A stretch of 63,971 bases of DNA, the filler included, from Collodictyon triciliatum (lineage: Eukaryota), in assembly GCA_043381765.1 (NCBI GenBank). It is 10 parts of 10 records of this genome, joined end to end, with 100 filler letters (N's around TTAATTAATTAA, not from the genome) between each part and the next. Parts side by side here need not be neighbours in the genome. Positions count along the whole stretch, not along the records: positions 25,644 to 31,949 come from JBHJMP010004556.1; positions 32,050 to 38,356 come from JBHJMP010004557.1; 8 more parts are not named here. The stretch is one strand, 5' to 3'. Under the pieces are notes generated by a model. It ran no database searches. It saw nothing but the letters and a program-made list of their open reading frames with translations, and was not told where the DNA came from. Below, piece after piece: positions 25,544 through 37,782 of the stretch (within the stretch, counting starts at the first letter, position 1; each line of letters opens with the position of its first letter). A program made the translations under genes and the position numbers.

Positions 25544-25981
25544 NNNNNNNNNNNNNNNNNNNNNNNNNNNNNNNNNNNNNNNNNNNNTTAATTAATTAAN
25601 NNNNNNNNNNNNNNNNNNNNNNNNNNNNNNNNNNNNNNNNNNNAAAAAGAAAAAAAAAGATAAAAAAAGATAAAAAAAGATAAAAAAAGATAAAAAAAGA
25701 TAAAAAAGATAAAAAAGATAAAAAAGATAAAAAAAGATAAAAAAAAGATAAAAAGTTAAAAAGATAAAAAAAAACCTTTTTCAATAAACCGAATACAACT
25801 TTCTATAGATTCTATAACTGTTTTCGAAGGACTTTATGGGGTTTCAACAAAGTCATTTGTATATCTGTCTCCTATGTAATATCCCAATTGCATCATTTAT
25901 ATTTATCATAACTTGAGATTGTTATCTATACACAAACAGTTTTTGGAGTATTTAACAAAACTTCATAAACCACAATGTTAA

Positions 25982-28900
25982 ATGGCAGGTTTGGTAGCTT
26001 CACTATTGGTGCCTATTACCCTATGCAGCAACTTTATTCGCTCCTTTGATGGGCACATAAATGGTGTCACAAGTGTTGCTATAACTTCTGATGGCTCCAC
26101 CATTATCTCTGGAGGGAACGATTTCACAATAAAATTGTGGAATCTCACCGATGCTTCCATGATCCGTACACTCACAGGACACACAGACGATGTATATTGC
26201 CTGTCAATTTCTTCAGATGAATTGAAGGTTGTGTCTGGGGGCGCTGATAATAGCATCAAAGTCTGGAGTATCCTGGATGGAAGCATGATTCGGTCAATTA
26301 CAGGCCACAGTTCCTTTGTCAGCAGTGTTGCCATTACTCCAGATAGCTCAAGAATAGTGTCTGGTGGCTCGGATAATAACATTAAAATTTGGAGTATCTC
26401 TGAAGGTGTTCTGATTCGCACACTGAAAAGTCATACTAGTATTATTAATAGCGTGGCTGTCACGCCTGATGGCTCAAAAGTTGTCTCTGGAAGTAGTGAT
26501 TATACAATCAAAGTCTGGGGATTATCGGATGGGCGCCTCATACGGACTGTAGTAGGTCATACAAATGAAGTATATTGTGTCTCTGTCACTCGCGACGGTT
26601 CAAAGATTGTCTCTGGGAGTCGGGATGCCACCATAAAAATATGGAGCCTAATCGATGGTTATCTGATTGGCACCCAAGTAGGGCACACAGAGGGTGTGAA
26701 AGGTCTCGCTATTACCTCTGACGGCTCGAGGATTGTTTCTGGGAGTGAAGATAACACAGTAAAAATTTGGAGCCTACCCGACAATCTTCTGTATGGGACT
26801 ATGAACGGCCATACCGGGAATGTCACTAGTATTGTCATTTCATCTGGGGGTACTCTGATGGTGACCGGAAGTCTTGATAGAACCATTAAACTATGGAATC
26901 TATGTATCCCTGGGGAATACTTTGATTCAGATTCAAATTCATGTATTCCTTGCGCGTCTGGAACATTTATGCCCTATGGCGAGTACTTTACATGCAGTTT
27001 ATGTCCATTAGGAACATACAACCCGTCCAATGGATCTGTTGGTATAGAAAGCTGCGTACCATGCTACCCAGGGACTTACAATCCCCGTGAAGGTTCTTCC
27101 AATGTCGATGATTGTTTACTGTGCGAGGAAGGGACTTATAATTCCTTATGGGGCGAATCATCGTGCTCCCCTTGCGAACCGGGGACATATAATCCTTTCA
27201 CTGGTCAATCTGAATGCTCTCCTTGCTTTCCCGGAACATACAACCCAAATACAGGGTCTGATAGTGAAGAAGATTGCTTACTATGCCCAGTAGGGCACTA
27301 TAGCGATTTAATTAGGCAAACATCTTGCATACCATGCAACCCTGGTACATTTAACCCTTCAACAGGTTCGACCAGCTCAAGAGATTGCATATTGTGCGCT
27401 GAGGGGTCATATAATCCTACTACGGGTAAAAGTTCATGTTTATTATGCGAGCCAGGAACTTTTAGCAACAATCCAGGGCAAGATATATGTTTCAATTGTG
27501 ACTATGGATTTTACAGTGATTCGGGACAGAAATTTTGTAGCCCGTGCCCAGCAGGAACTTACAATCCTTATGAAGGAGGTGCAACAGTCTCATCGTGCTA
27601 TAAATGTGAACAAGGTTACTACAACAGCGTGGAGGGAATGCCCACATGTTTCGAGTGCCCAGCTGGTTTCTACTCTGATAAGGTTGCACAAACCTATTGC
27701 TCTCCATGCTTCCCAGGGGAATACTCTAATTTTTCACGGTCAACAAGTTGCGAGAAATGCCAAGTGGGTACCTTTGGTGTCAAAGCTGCTTCTACTGGTA
27801 CCTCAGACTGCCAAGCATGTCCTAAGGGAACGTTCTCATCTTCTCTCGGAGCGATATTGTGCCAGCCTTGCTCACCCGGGTCTTTTAATCCATATGAAAA
27901 CCAAAATACATGCATGACGTGTCTGCCAGGGACCTTCAATCCAAACTTTGGGGGCACGGGTAATTTTTCATGCATGCAGTGCCCTATAGGAACATATGCA
28001 AATGATGAGAGAACAGGATGTATATCCTGTCCAGCCGGGACATTCAATGACAACGCAGGGTCTTTCGATTCATCATCCTGTATCATATGCCCTCAAGGAA
28101 GCTACAGTATAGAAAGAAGTCCATCATGCATTCGTTGTCCAACACGTTCCTCCACATTCAATAATAACTCTCAAAGTATAGACGATTGTGAGTGCATAAA
28201 CTCGTATACTCAACATGAAGGAGAATGTACTTGCGCACCAGGTTTTTTCGAAGACGGAGCATATTGTGCCCCTTGTCGGCGCGGTTCATATAAATCAAGC
28301 TATGATACAGGGTTCTGCCTTCCTTGCCCAAGCAAATTTACCACCACCGGAGAGGGATCGATTGGTTCAGATCAGTGTATCTGCAAAAGTGGCTTTCAGT
28401 TTGTTGACCAGGTTTGTCAATGCAAGCCTGGAACATATGAAAAACTCGAGGAGTGTTTTCAGTGCCCATCGAATTCTTACAATGAAAACTTTGGGCAGAC
28501 AGCATGTATCGAATGTCCACCTAATTCGTTCACAAACTCAATAGGTTCGCTGTCTTTGAATGATTGTAAATGCATTTCATCAACTTATTTGGATACAAAG
28601 ACAAAACAATGCAAACCATGCCCCAGTGGATTCGTGTGTGATGGAAGCAGTACTTTAAATGTAGCACCAGGATACTGGAAAGCTCCTGGCTCACAATATG
28701 AGTATTTATCTTACAAGTGCATCAATCCAGATGCCTGTGACGGGGGAAATAACACCTGTGCTGAGGGGTATTCTGGTGCTCTATGCAGTGTATGCCAAAA
28801 AGGGTATGGCTCTACAGGTTTCTACTGCACTAAATGCCCAAATGGAAGAGCTAGCGGGTTCTTGGCTTTTTTGAGTGCTGTTATTCCATTAAGTTTTGTT

Positions 28901-30037
28901 ACTTTCATGACGGAGCAGTCCAGAGAACCACAGTTGGACAACATCGAAACACTCAAGATTCTGTCGTCTCACTTTCAAATCCTTTCATACCTGGCAAATT
29001 TTGACGTTGACTGGGGATCGGACTTGATATCTTTATTCCAATTGCCAGCAATTTTTTCGTTTTCGTTGTCCATCGACAGCTACCCGATGGAATGCCAGTT
29101 TGAGATTAGCGTGTATGAAAAGGTTTTGTTTGCGATGATTTCTCCTATAGTTTTGATGGTCGTTGTAATAGTTATAATCTTTTTAAAGTATTCGTGGAAA
29201 TTATATAAACAAACGATGACACGAAACCAGATCACTGTTGTAAAGTTCCATCAAGATTTTCTTTACTCGACCCTGGTGATGTTGTTCTTTGTTCATCCTA
29301 CTATCATGGACAGTGTTGCCAGTATTTTTCCGTGTGAAAATCTTGGAGACGAAAGCTATTTGAAGGCAGACATGAGTGTGAAATGTGACGACAATACATA
29401 CCTACTTTGGAGAAGTGTTTGCATGATATATATGTTTGCCTATTGCTTCGGAGGCCCTTTGCTTTTGATGTGGCGGATTATTTACAAGAAGCAGTCGCTA
29501 TCGGATCCAGCGTCAAACTCATACTACCTCCTCAAATTCTTGGTGGATGGGTATACTGAAAAGTGCCAGTTTTGGGAAATCATTGTGATGATGCAGAAGC
29601 TGCTCATTGTGGTTATAAGCGTATTTTTCTCATCGTCAATACAAATCTATTTTGGGCTTTGGTTGGTTTTTTTAACCATTGGCTCAACAATACATTTCAA
29701 GCCGTATGCATCTGATGTGCTAAAGACAGCACAAATTCGGTCCCTTTTGGTTCTTTACTTTACTCTTATGTTATCTCTTCTCTTCAGATATGCAGATTTA
29801 AACGGAGCGACCATACTGATTCTTATGATATTGGCCATATCATTGAATGGAATCATCGGAGTTGTGTTTCTTTCTATTGCCGGCCCTATCATCGTAAGAC
29901 AGAAGATGCAGACTGTAATTGGTGCGTTTGAAATAACCAAAGCCATGATCTACCAGAGTTTGTTCACACCAGGTCTAAGGAGGCAGTCACATCAAGGACA
30001 TGATATTCAAAAGGATTCAGAAATGGAAAGCTTCTAG
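25982..30037 (+). CDS. Intronless receptor-like membrane protein: hydrophobic N-terminus, 7 WD40 repeats, Cys-rich (ephrin-receptor-like/GCC2-GCC3 type) stalk, multi-pass TM domain
   Basis: 1351-aa ORF with seven GH/SH...W repeats at 42-aa spacing, many CxxCxxGTY/F units, a CAEGYSGALCSVCQKGY motif, and about 8-9 hydrophobic segments carrying FLVDGY...FWE...QK and KPY motifs. Confidence 0.9.
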   Translation: MAGLVASLLVPITLCSNFIRSFDGHINGVTSVAITSDGSTIISGGNDFTIKLWNLTDASMIRTLTGHTDDVYCLSISSDELKVVSGGADNSIKVWSILDGSMIRSITGHSSFVSSVAITPDSSRIVSGGSDNNIKIWSISEGVLIRTLKSHTSIINSVAVTPDGSKVVSGSSDYTIKVWGLSDGRLIRTVVGHTNEVYCVSVTRDGSKIVSGSRDATIKIWSLIDGYLIGTQVGHTEGVKGLAITSDGSRIVSGSEDNTVKIWSLPDNLLYGTMNGHTGNVTSIVISSGGTLMVTGSLDRTIKLWNLCIPGEYFDSDSNSCIPCASGTFMPYGEYFTCSLCPLGTYNPSNGSVGIESCVPCYPGTYNPREGSSNVDDCLLCEEGTYNSLWGESSCSPCEPGTYNPFTGQSECSPCFPGTYNPNTGSDSEEDCLLCPVGHYSDLIRQTSCIPCNPGTFNPSTGSTSSRDCILCAEGSYNPTTGKSSCLLCEPGTFSNNPGQDICFNCDYGFYSDSGQKFCSPCPAGTYNPYEGGATVSSCYKCEQGYYNSVEGMPTCFECPAGFYSDKVAQTYCSPCFPGEYSNFSRSTSCEKCQVGTFGVKAASTGTSDCQACPKGTFSSSLGAILCQPCSPGSFNPYENQNTCMTCLPGTFNPNFGGTGNFSCMQCPIGTYANDERTGCISCPAGTFNDNAGSFDSSSCIICPQGSYSIERSPSCIRCPTRSSTFNNNSQSIDDCECINSYTQHEGECTCAPGFFEDGAYCAPCRRGSYKSSYDTGFCLPCPSKFTTTGEGSIGSDQCICKSGFQFVDQVCQCKPGTYEKLEECFQCPSNSYNENFGQTACIECPPNSFTNSIGSLSLNDCKCISSTYLDTKTKQCKPCPSGFVCDGSSTLNVAPGYWKAPGSQYEYLSYKCINPDACDGGNNTCAEGYSGALCSVCQKGYGSTGFYCTKCPNGRASGFLAFLSAVIPLSFVTFMTEQSREPQLDNIETLKILSSHFQILSYLANFDVDWGSDLISLFQLPAIFSFSLSIDSYPMECQFEISVYEKVLFAMISPIVLMVVVIVIIFLKYSWKLYKQTMTRNQITVVKFHQDFLYSTLVMLFFVHPTIMDSVASIFPCENLGDESYLKADMSVKCDDNTYLLWRSVCMIYMFAYCFGGPLLLMWRIIYKKQSLSDPASNSYYLLKFLVDGYTEKCQFWEIIVMMQKLLIVVISVFFSSSIQIYFGLWLVFLTIGSTIHFKPYASDVLKTAQIRSLLVLYFTLMLSLLFRYADLNGATILILMILAISLNGIIGVVFLSIAGPIIVRQKMQTVIGAFEITKAMIYQSLFTPGLRRQSHQGHDIQKDSEMESF

Positions 30038-30699
30038 TTGGTACGTATTGTACCTTCGCATGTCAGCCTCGGTAACCACATACCATCAGTCATGTATCAT
30101 TAATATTTTTTTAATGGCAATATCAGGGCTCTGTTCGCCATATGGAATGTATGGAAGAGTTGTGAACCAAATAAATATGAAGGGACAAATATCAATCATG
30201 AATCATCATGTTTTGACAAATCATGATTGAAAATTATGACGCATGGAAGATCCACCTTTTCTTTTACTTTTTTTTTTATTTCACGGGAGCCGCTGGTCTC
30301 AATAAAACGACCACTCCACTCAGTCGACCGTCGGAACCTCTATTTATTTATTTATTTATTTATTTATTTTTTGCAATGTTTTAATTTATGTCATTTTACG
30401 TCATTATATGTGATATTCACATTGCGCAAAAGCCTGAAATGTATGTCTCAAGGATTATTTGATAATTTGTTTAATATGACCCAACACACTGCAAGAGTTA
30501 AATTTACATATTTTAACACCTGACCAACGTAACAATTGATTTGATTTTTAAATAGTCGTCTGTGTTAAACCGAGTAGATATCTTTCCTCATCAAGGTTCA
30601 CATCCAATCAAAAAATGGTAGAAATAGAGAACATGTGCATAATTTAATCCACTACATGTACACATTTTTTTTTAATATAATTATAGTGTGTTGCTCATT

Positions 30700-31813
30700 T
30701 TATTTTCTTTGCGCTTCAACACGCAGAATCATGCTGCGACTGTAAATCCCTCCGCTTGCATCGGGGGGATACTTTTGGGAATACAGCGCGATAAATTCGT
30801 CCGAAAATTGGTGTCTGTATACAAAGAAAAAAAACATCAAAATCTGAATTAATATTAAATTTGAAATCAAAGAAACAAGATATTAGCAAGAGAGGAATTA
30901 GAAACCTTAATTCTTCGGTCGGTAGTTGGTTGAGCCAAGGTCTCCATCCTCCATGAAATCTTCATACCAATTTATAGTGGATAGAGTTTTGATAAAAAAA
31001 AATAAAAAAAACACAGACAAATAAATACCTCAAAATCCAAACTTTTTACAGATAACTCATTTTTTGTTCATGTTTTTCAGCTTCATGACGAATTATACCG
31101 TGAACGCAGCTCTTGAGTTCCGTCATGACAAACGTTCTTCTCTTCAAGTTCCACTCGGATGGGTTCGAAATCGTGCCGGACTAAAAAGTCAGTATATTGC
31201 TCTGGCGTGAAGAGATTCAGCGGATTCTGAAAACCAATAAAGTATTGCTTGTACTTTTCTTGCTCCATCATGTATTCAACGGTCTATCACATGAGTAATG
31301 ATATACCAGACCAGTGAATTAGCAATTGGAGAGATAATCTCTGTAAAGAATTATACGCAGCTTGGAGATAAAAAAAAAGGAGAAAATTATCCAAGCACTT
31401 TAAAGCCTTAATTCATGTATATAATAAGTACTTTCAGAATATCCTGGATACTCTCACTTCCGTGTCCAAGAAGAAAAATTCGTCCTCCACTCTTCATCGT
31501 TTCACTAAGACCTATGAGTGGGAAATTGAAAGGAGCAATACATTAAAATCAGAGACCTGCAAATACGATTCGTAATTCACGAGGAATACAAGAAAAAAAC
31601 TATAAAAAAGAGCCTTTTTTGAAAGCATTACAATCCGCTCTTTTCATAGAGAAACGTAAAAGAAGAAGATATGCCCATTACCATTCAGAAATGAATCTTG
31701 GTCTCTAATCCAGTGGATTACATTAAAGGAGACGGCTAGGTCAAACTGTAAATGTGGAGAAGGGGGTAGATCTTTTTCCAAGTCGGCTACCTGGAAGGCA
31801 ATATCGGAAGAGC
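30700..31813 (-). CDS. Class I SAM-dependent methyltransferase, trans-aconitate methyltransferase (Tam)-like; 5 exons, 5' partial
   Basis: IAFQVADLE...FDLAVSFNVIHWIRDQDSFLN|GLSETMKSGGRIFL...FTPEQYTDFLVRHDFE...WRPWLNQLPTEELR|HQFSDEF...LRVEAQRK*. Confidence 0.8.
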
Positions 31814-32349
31814 CTATGAAAATTGGATGACTGATATTTTCAGTAGAGGAAAAAGAACAAAAGAACAAAAGAACAAAAGAACAAAAGAACAAAAGAACAA
31901 AAGAACAAAAGAACAAAAGAACAAAAGAACAAAAGAACAAAAGAACAAANNNNNNNNNNNNNNNNNNNNNNNNNNNNNNNNNNNNNNNNNNNNTTAATTA
32001 ATTAANNNNNNNNNNNNNNNNNNNNNNNNNNNNNNNNNNNNNNNNNNNNCTTCTTTTCTTTTCTTCTTTTCTTTTCTTCTTTTCTTCTTTTCTTCTTTTC
32101 TTCTTTTCTTCTTTTCTTTATTGAGCATTTATCACCCTTCTTCGAACGGTTATTCAGAGGCTTCAAGTGCGCCTCTCTTGTTTGCGAGGAGGAGGACTAT
32201 GATGCAGAGGACTATGCTGACGACGGAACCCTCGGAATCCGTAGGCATTTTACTCATTACTCTTTTTAATCTGCTTGCCGATACTTTGTTGCCACTGTGT
32301 TGATCACCCACATTACTCATCTGCAGAAACGAACCCTGTCCCGGCGTCT

Positions 32350-33701
32350 ATGATCCAAAAGGTTGCTCCTTACTTCACAGCCAAGGTTCGAGCACCAAAT
32401 CAACTTCTCTCTCCTTTTAAATCTATTTTTAAATCGATATATATATGTATTACGCAACACATACTAACATGACACGCAGTGTTTAAAGGATTTCTCATTC
32501 ATTTAGGGAATATATTCATGTCAATTATTTTACACTTACCTCTATGGATGATACACTTCATAATAGACAAACACATCACAAAACATGACCTTCATATAGG
32601 CGGTTGTGGACGGACAGATCAAGGATGTGAGCCTGCTTGACTATCAGGGAAAGTACCTCGTGTTGTTTTTCTATCCGCTGGACTTCACCTTTGTGTGCCC
32701 CACCGAAATCATTGCCTTCTCTGACCGCGTAAAGGAGTTCCACAAGATCAACTGTGAAGTGGTTGCCGTCTCTGTGGATTCTGTCTACAGTCACCTGGTA
32801 TAATACAGACAGGCACATAACCAACAACAGCAAAAAAAAAAAAAAAAAAAAGTGTGGTGGTTTCTTTCGCATAATTAAGTCTAATTGATGAGCATGCTTT
32901 TTTTTTTTCCTTCATTCGATTCAAAGTCTTTGATCAGCATGCTAAAATATTCATGGATACAATAATATGTATAAACATCCACACCCAATAGACTAATTGC
33001 TCTTAACCCTCTTCAAAAGGCCTTTGTCAACACTCCCCGAAAGCAAGGCGGTCTTGGTAAGATGGACATTCCCCTCGTTGCTGATCTAAATAAGAAGATT
33101 TCCCGTAGTTATGGTGTCCTCCTCGAGGATGCTGGAATCTCGCTTCGGTATGCATCCCTTGCACATATTTATAATCACATCAAAGAAAGAAAGAAAGAAA
33201 AACATCTCAGCCAATAGCCTTCTGGCATTTTTTTTTTCCCACTTGTGCATAATTATTTTTCGTCTGAAACTTATAAAATCATCGCACTCAACTGCTTATA
33301 GTGGCCTTTTCATCATCGACCCCAAGAGCATTGTCCGTCAAATCACGGTGAACGACTTGCCAGTCGGCCGCAGTGTGGATGAAGTCCTCCGCCTTGTTCA
33401 GGTACTTTTTGTTTATTTTAACTTGATATCATTATATAATCTTCTCGTGGGCGAGAACCTTGCCAACCACCAAAACCCCCACGCGATACTGCCGCCGCTA
33501 TAAGAAAAAAAAAAAGAGGAAGAGAGAAAACATATATGACTGACATTCGAGGCACTTATATTCGCTCACCATTCTGTAAAGGCATTCCAATTTACCGACA
33601 AGCACGGAGAAGTTTGTCCTGCCAACTGGACTCCCGGAGGGCGCACCATCAAGCCCTCACCCAAGGACTCTGCCAAGTACTTCGAGGCTGCAAACAAATA
33701 A
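32350..33701 (+). CDS. Typical 2-Cys peroxiredoxin (AhpC/Prx1 family); 5 core exons, probable N-terminal extension upstream
   Basis: [15 protein letters not shown] (peroxidatic Cys), [38 protein letters not shown] (resolving Cys), C-terminal YF motif. Confidence 0.97.
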
Positions 33702-34379
33702 AGGAGCACACACCTTATGGCAGATAACTGTCCGACCGCATACAACCTCGACTAACGCATACTTTCTTTATGTGGTAAATCCGCCACTCGACTCGAACGC
33801 CATTCCTTTCCTATCTTCCACAGTAGGTTAATTGCCCCAGAAGATACAAAGAACACTTTCAAAGAAGAAACGCCTTGTATGTATCATGTTCTGTCCAGCA
33901 GGCGAGAGACTTACACCACAAAGCAGACGGGCTGATTCATCTCTCGCGGCGCGCAAAGGACAAGCAGGAGGCCAGCAGAAGGAAGGCGGGTGTGGGCGAG
34001 GGAGGACGCGATCGAAGGACGAGGTCTTGCCCAGCTTGCCATAAGCACTGCCCTGCCTCTTGTATGAGTCCCAGACCGCGTGAAAACATGGAGAGCGAGA
34101 ACATCGTCATTTTTCCTCTCCTTCCCTCTCACACTTTTCCCCTCTCAAAGGACAGCAATTCTTGCAAAAAGAAGCAGACTACCAATCGCCACATACTCCA
34201 AGCCTTCCTGCATTTCTACAACTCTCGTTGATCCACACTGGGCTACATTTTCTTTTCCCTCTGTCCAAGCAAAAAAAAAAAAAAAACACCCTTCCATTTC
34301 TTCCTCACTTTTATTTTTTTTTATAAAAAAAAACTACTGTAGAGAAAAAAACAGGAATAGGAAACAGTATTCTTTCATC

Positions 34380-37300
34380 ATGTCTGCCGTCAAGTTTGTC
34401 AACTCCAACGCGGAAGTCGTCCGTCGTGTTCAAGCGCTTGGCGTCAACGTCACCGCGGCAGCCGGCCTGCAAGAAGTTCTTCGCTCAAACCTCGGCCCGA
34501 AAGGAACCTTGAAGATGTCTGCCTCCCAAGACCTTACTCCACTTGTCTACCTATTTGCTCACACTGCTGCAAACTTGCACTCAACGCTTGCAACCCGGTA
34601 TATAGGCTCGTCTCTGGGGCCGGAGATATCCGCCTGACCAAGGATGGCGCTGTTCTTCTTCATGAAATGGTTTGTTTCTGTCCTTGCGTGTATTTCTTTA
34701 TGATTTCTCTCTCCAAGAGTGCGCATATATATATTGCCAATACTTATGAACCTGGTTGTGGCTCCTTATGATTTTCCCTTTGGTGTTCTTTGCAATGCTG
34801 ACGTGTCCTTGCGCGGCTTTTGCAGCAAATCCAACACCCTTCGGCCAACCTGATCGCCAGAGCAGCCACTGCCCAGGACGACATTGCCGGAGACGGAACC
34901 ACGAGCAACATTCTTCTGATTGGCGAGTTTATGCGACAGGCGGAACGTCTTCTATCCGAGGGACTTCATCCGCGAGTTCTTGTCGAGGGCTTCGATAAGG
35001 CGAAGGAGACTTCCCTGCAGTTTCTGGAGGAGTTCAAAAAGCAGGCATGCTCGAATGATTATTTCTGGACATATATGTGATCATGACAACGTCTATGGAG
35101 CAAAGAGACCCATCTCACTGTCCATCCCAAATCGTGTATGCTTGTAATATGACATTATTTCTTTTTGTTTTGTTTTGTTTTCTAATGAGTAAAAATAACT
35201 CGGAAAGATCGACACCGCGGACCGTGAAACACTAATCCAGGTCGCCCGAAGCGCTATTCGGACCAAACTGAACGAGAAGATGGCCGACCATCTGTCTGAT
35301 ATCCTTGTAGATGCTGTCTTGACCATTCGCCGCCCAAATGAGCCCATTGATCTTCACATGGTTAGAACTACCTTGTCCCAATCTGTTCTTTCCTTACCTC
35401 CGATATCGTGTTTGTCGTTTAAACTCACCAACCCGTAGTGACTTTATTATTCAGTGCATTCTTATTTTAATATGTCTAATAAGATTGGCGTCTGTGCACG
35501 TACTCATGTTAGGTTGAAATCATGATAATGCAACACAAATCAGACCTTGATACACAACTGGTCAAGGGACTTGTTCTGGACCACGGAGCCCGCCATCCAG
35601 ACATGAAGAAGCGTGCAGAGAACGCTTTTGTCCTCACAGCAAATGTCTCCCTCGAATACGAAAAAAGGTTTTTTTTTTTTAAAAAAAAAAATACCCCCAA
35701 TGAATATATTCTTTTTCTTTTTTTTCTTTGTTTGAATGTACAAAGCAGACTAATTTTCTACAAAATAGTGAGGTTTCTTCTGCATTTTACTTCTCCTCAG
35801 CAGAAGAGAAGGAAAAAATGGCCGTCTCTGAACGCCGAGTTGTTGATGAGAAGGTTCGCAAGTTGGTCGAGTTCAAGCGCAAGGTTTTATTTAATTCGGA
35901 AAATTGCAAGAGAAAGTAATATAATGGCATGATTTTTCTCAAATATCTCCGATGTAAGGGACTTAGTATATGGATTTCACAGTTCGAGAACATGGCACAT
36001 CGGCTTTTTTCTTTCATCGATTCAAGAACGAAATATGGCTCATCAAATTAATATATGCACAGGTAATTGGAGAATCCAATAAGAGCTTTGTCCTCATCAA
36101 CCAAAAGGGTATCGACCCTGCTTCACTTGACATGCTTGCCAAGGAGGGAATCATTGGACTGCGCCGTGCTAAAAGACGCAACATGGAGCGCATTCCCCTG
36201 GCATGTGGAGGTCTTTTTCCTTCTTTTTTGCCTTTTTTCTTAATTATTTTTTTTTTTTTTGTCGCTTGAATATCATTTAAATTCCCTATTTAATCTGGAC
36301 CTCCAGGAAACGCCGTCAATTCATTCGATGATTTGACTGAAGCCGATCTCGGGTTCGCAGAAAATGTTTACGAACATACCTTGGGCGAAGAAAAGTTTAC
36401 TTTTATCGAAGGTGTGAAGAACCCTTTCTCTTGCACGGTTTTGATCAAGGGTTAGTTTCATTCTTTTCATATGTATGTTCTTTTTTTTTCTCATTTTACG
36501 TGGTATTGATCTAATCATATAATTGGAGATGAACTCTGTTTTCGGTGTATATTTTGTGTTTACATATTGTTATATCCATCACAGCCACTTTTGTAGTATG
36601 TGTACCAAGCCTTGCCCTACAGAACACATCATTCTGCTTCTTTTTTTCTTCTTTTTTTCTTCTTTTTTTCTTATTTTTTTTCTTATTTTTTTCTTATTTT
36701 TTTTCTTATTTTTTTCTTATTTTTTTTCTTATTTTTTTCTTATTTTTTACATTTTTTACATTTTTTACATTTTTTACATTTTTTACATTTTTTACATTTT
36801 TTTTTTCATCGCAGGTCCCAATCTTCATGTCATCGCACAGATTAAGGATGCAGTCCGTGATGGTCTCAGAGCTGTTAAGCATGCGATCGAAGAAGGCCAC
36901 GTAATTCCCGGCGCGGGAGCCTTTGAAGTTGCCTGCCACAAGAAGCTTATAGAGTTCAGCAAGGTATGTGCTATATCCTAGCTGTTTGATTCTTATGTAT
37001 GCCGCTTCGTCATCAATTTACTAATTTATTTCTTTTAAAAAAAACTCATTAATGACTTGAACATATCTATGCAACACACAATCGCATATAGTCCGTTTCT
37101 GGGCGCGCCAAACTCGGTGTCCAAGCGTTCGCCGAGGGTCTGTTGGTTGTGCCAAAAACCCTTGCCCTCAACTCTGGATTTGACGCCCAGGTGCGATTCG
37201 CATATTCTGAACTTATTTTTCCTTTCCAATTATTTTAATTTAATCCCCATGTATTTTGGAACATTTTTTTCTCTTGTTTTCTTATGGATGCGCAGGACAC

Positions 37301-37782
37301 CATCATCGCCCTTCAAGAGCAGCACGAAAAGGGTAACGCTGTTGGCCTGGACATCATCACTGGCGGCTCAATCGATCCCGTCGCTGTGGGAATTCTCGAC
37401 AACTACATCACAAAGAAGCAAATGATTTCTTCCAGGTGAACCATCACGATTATACGTCATGATAGTTATTGGTTCTACATTTTTCTTTTTCTTTTCTTTT
37501 TCTTTTCTTTTTCTTTTCTTTTTCTTTTCTTTTTCTTTTCTTTTCTATTCTATTCTATTCTATTCTATTCTATTCTATTCTATTCTATTCTATTCTATTC
37601 TATTCTATTCTATTCTATTCTATTCTATTCTATTCTATTCTTTTCTATTCTTTTCTTTTTATTCTTATGGACAAGCACGAACCTTTAAGTAATTAATGTG
37701 TAGTGGCATCATCGCATCACAACTTCTGCTCGTCGATGAAATTATGAAGGCTGGCAAAAACCTCAAGCCAAACTCGAGTTAA
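34380..37782 (+). CDS. CCT6: T-complex protein 1 subunit zeta (chaperonin CCT6); 12 exons, complete
   Basis: [103 protein letters not shown]. Confidence 0.98.

Noticed and set aside
32999..33019. CTCTTAAC near a peroxiredoxin acceptor as a U12 branch site
   Set aside because: That intron's donor is GTATAA, not GTATCCTT.
34517..37700. Intronic snoRNAs in CCT6 (a snoRNA host in vertebrates)
   Set aside because: I saw no convincing C/D box pair with a terminal stem and no H/ACA layout by eye. An Infernal/snoscan search would be needed to exclude them.
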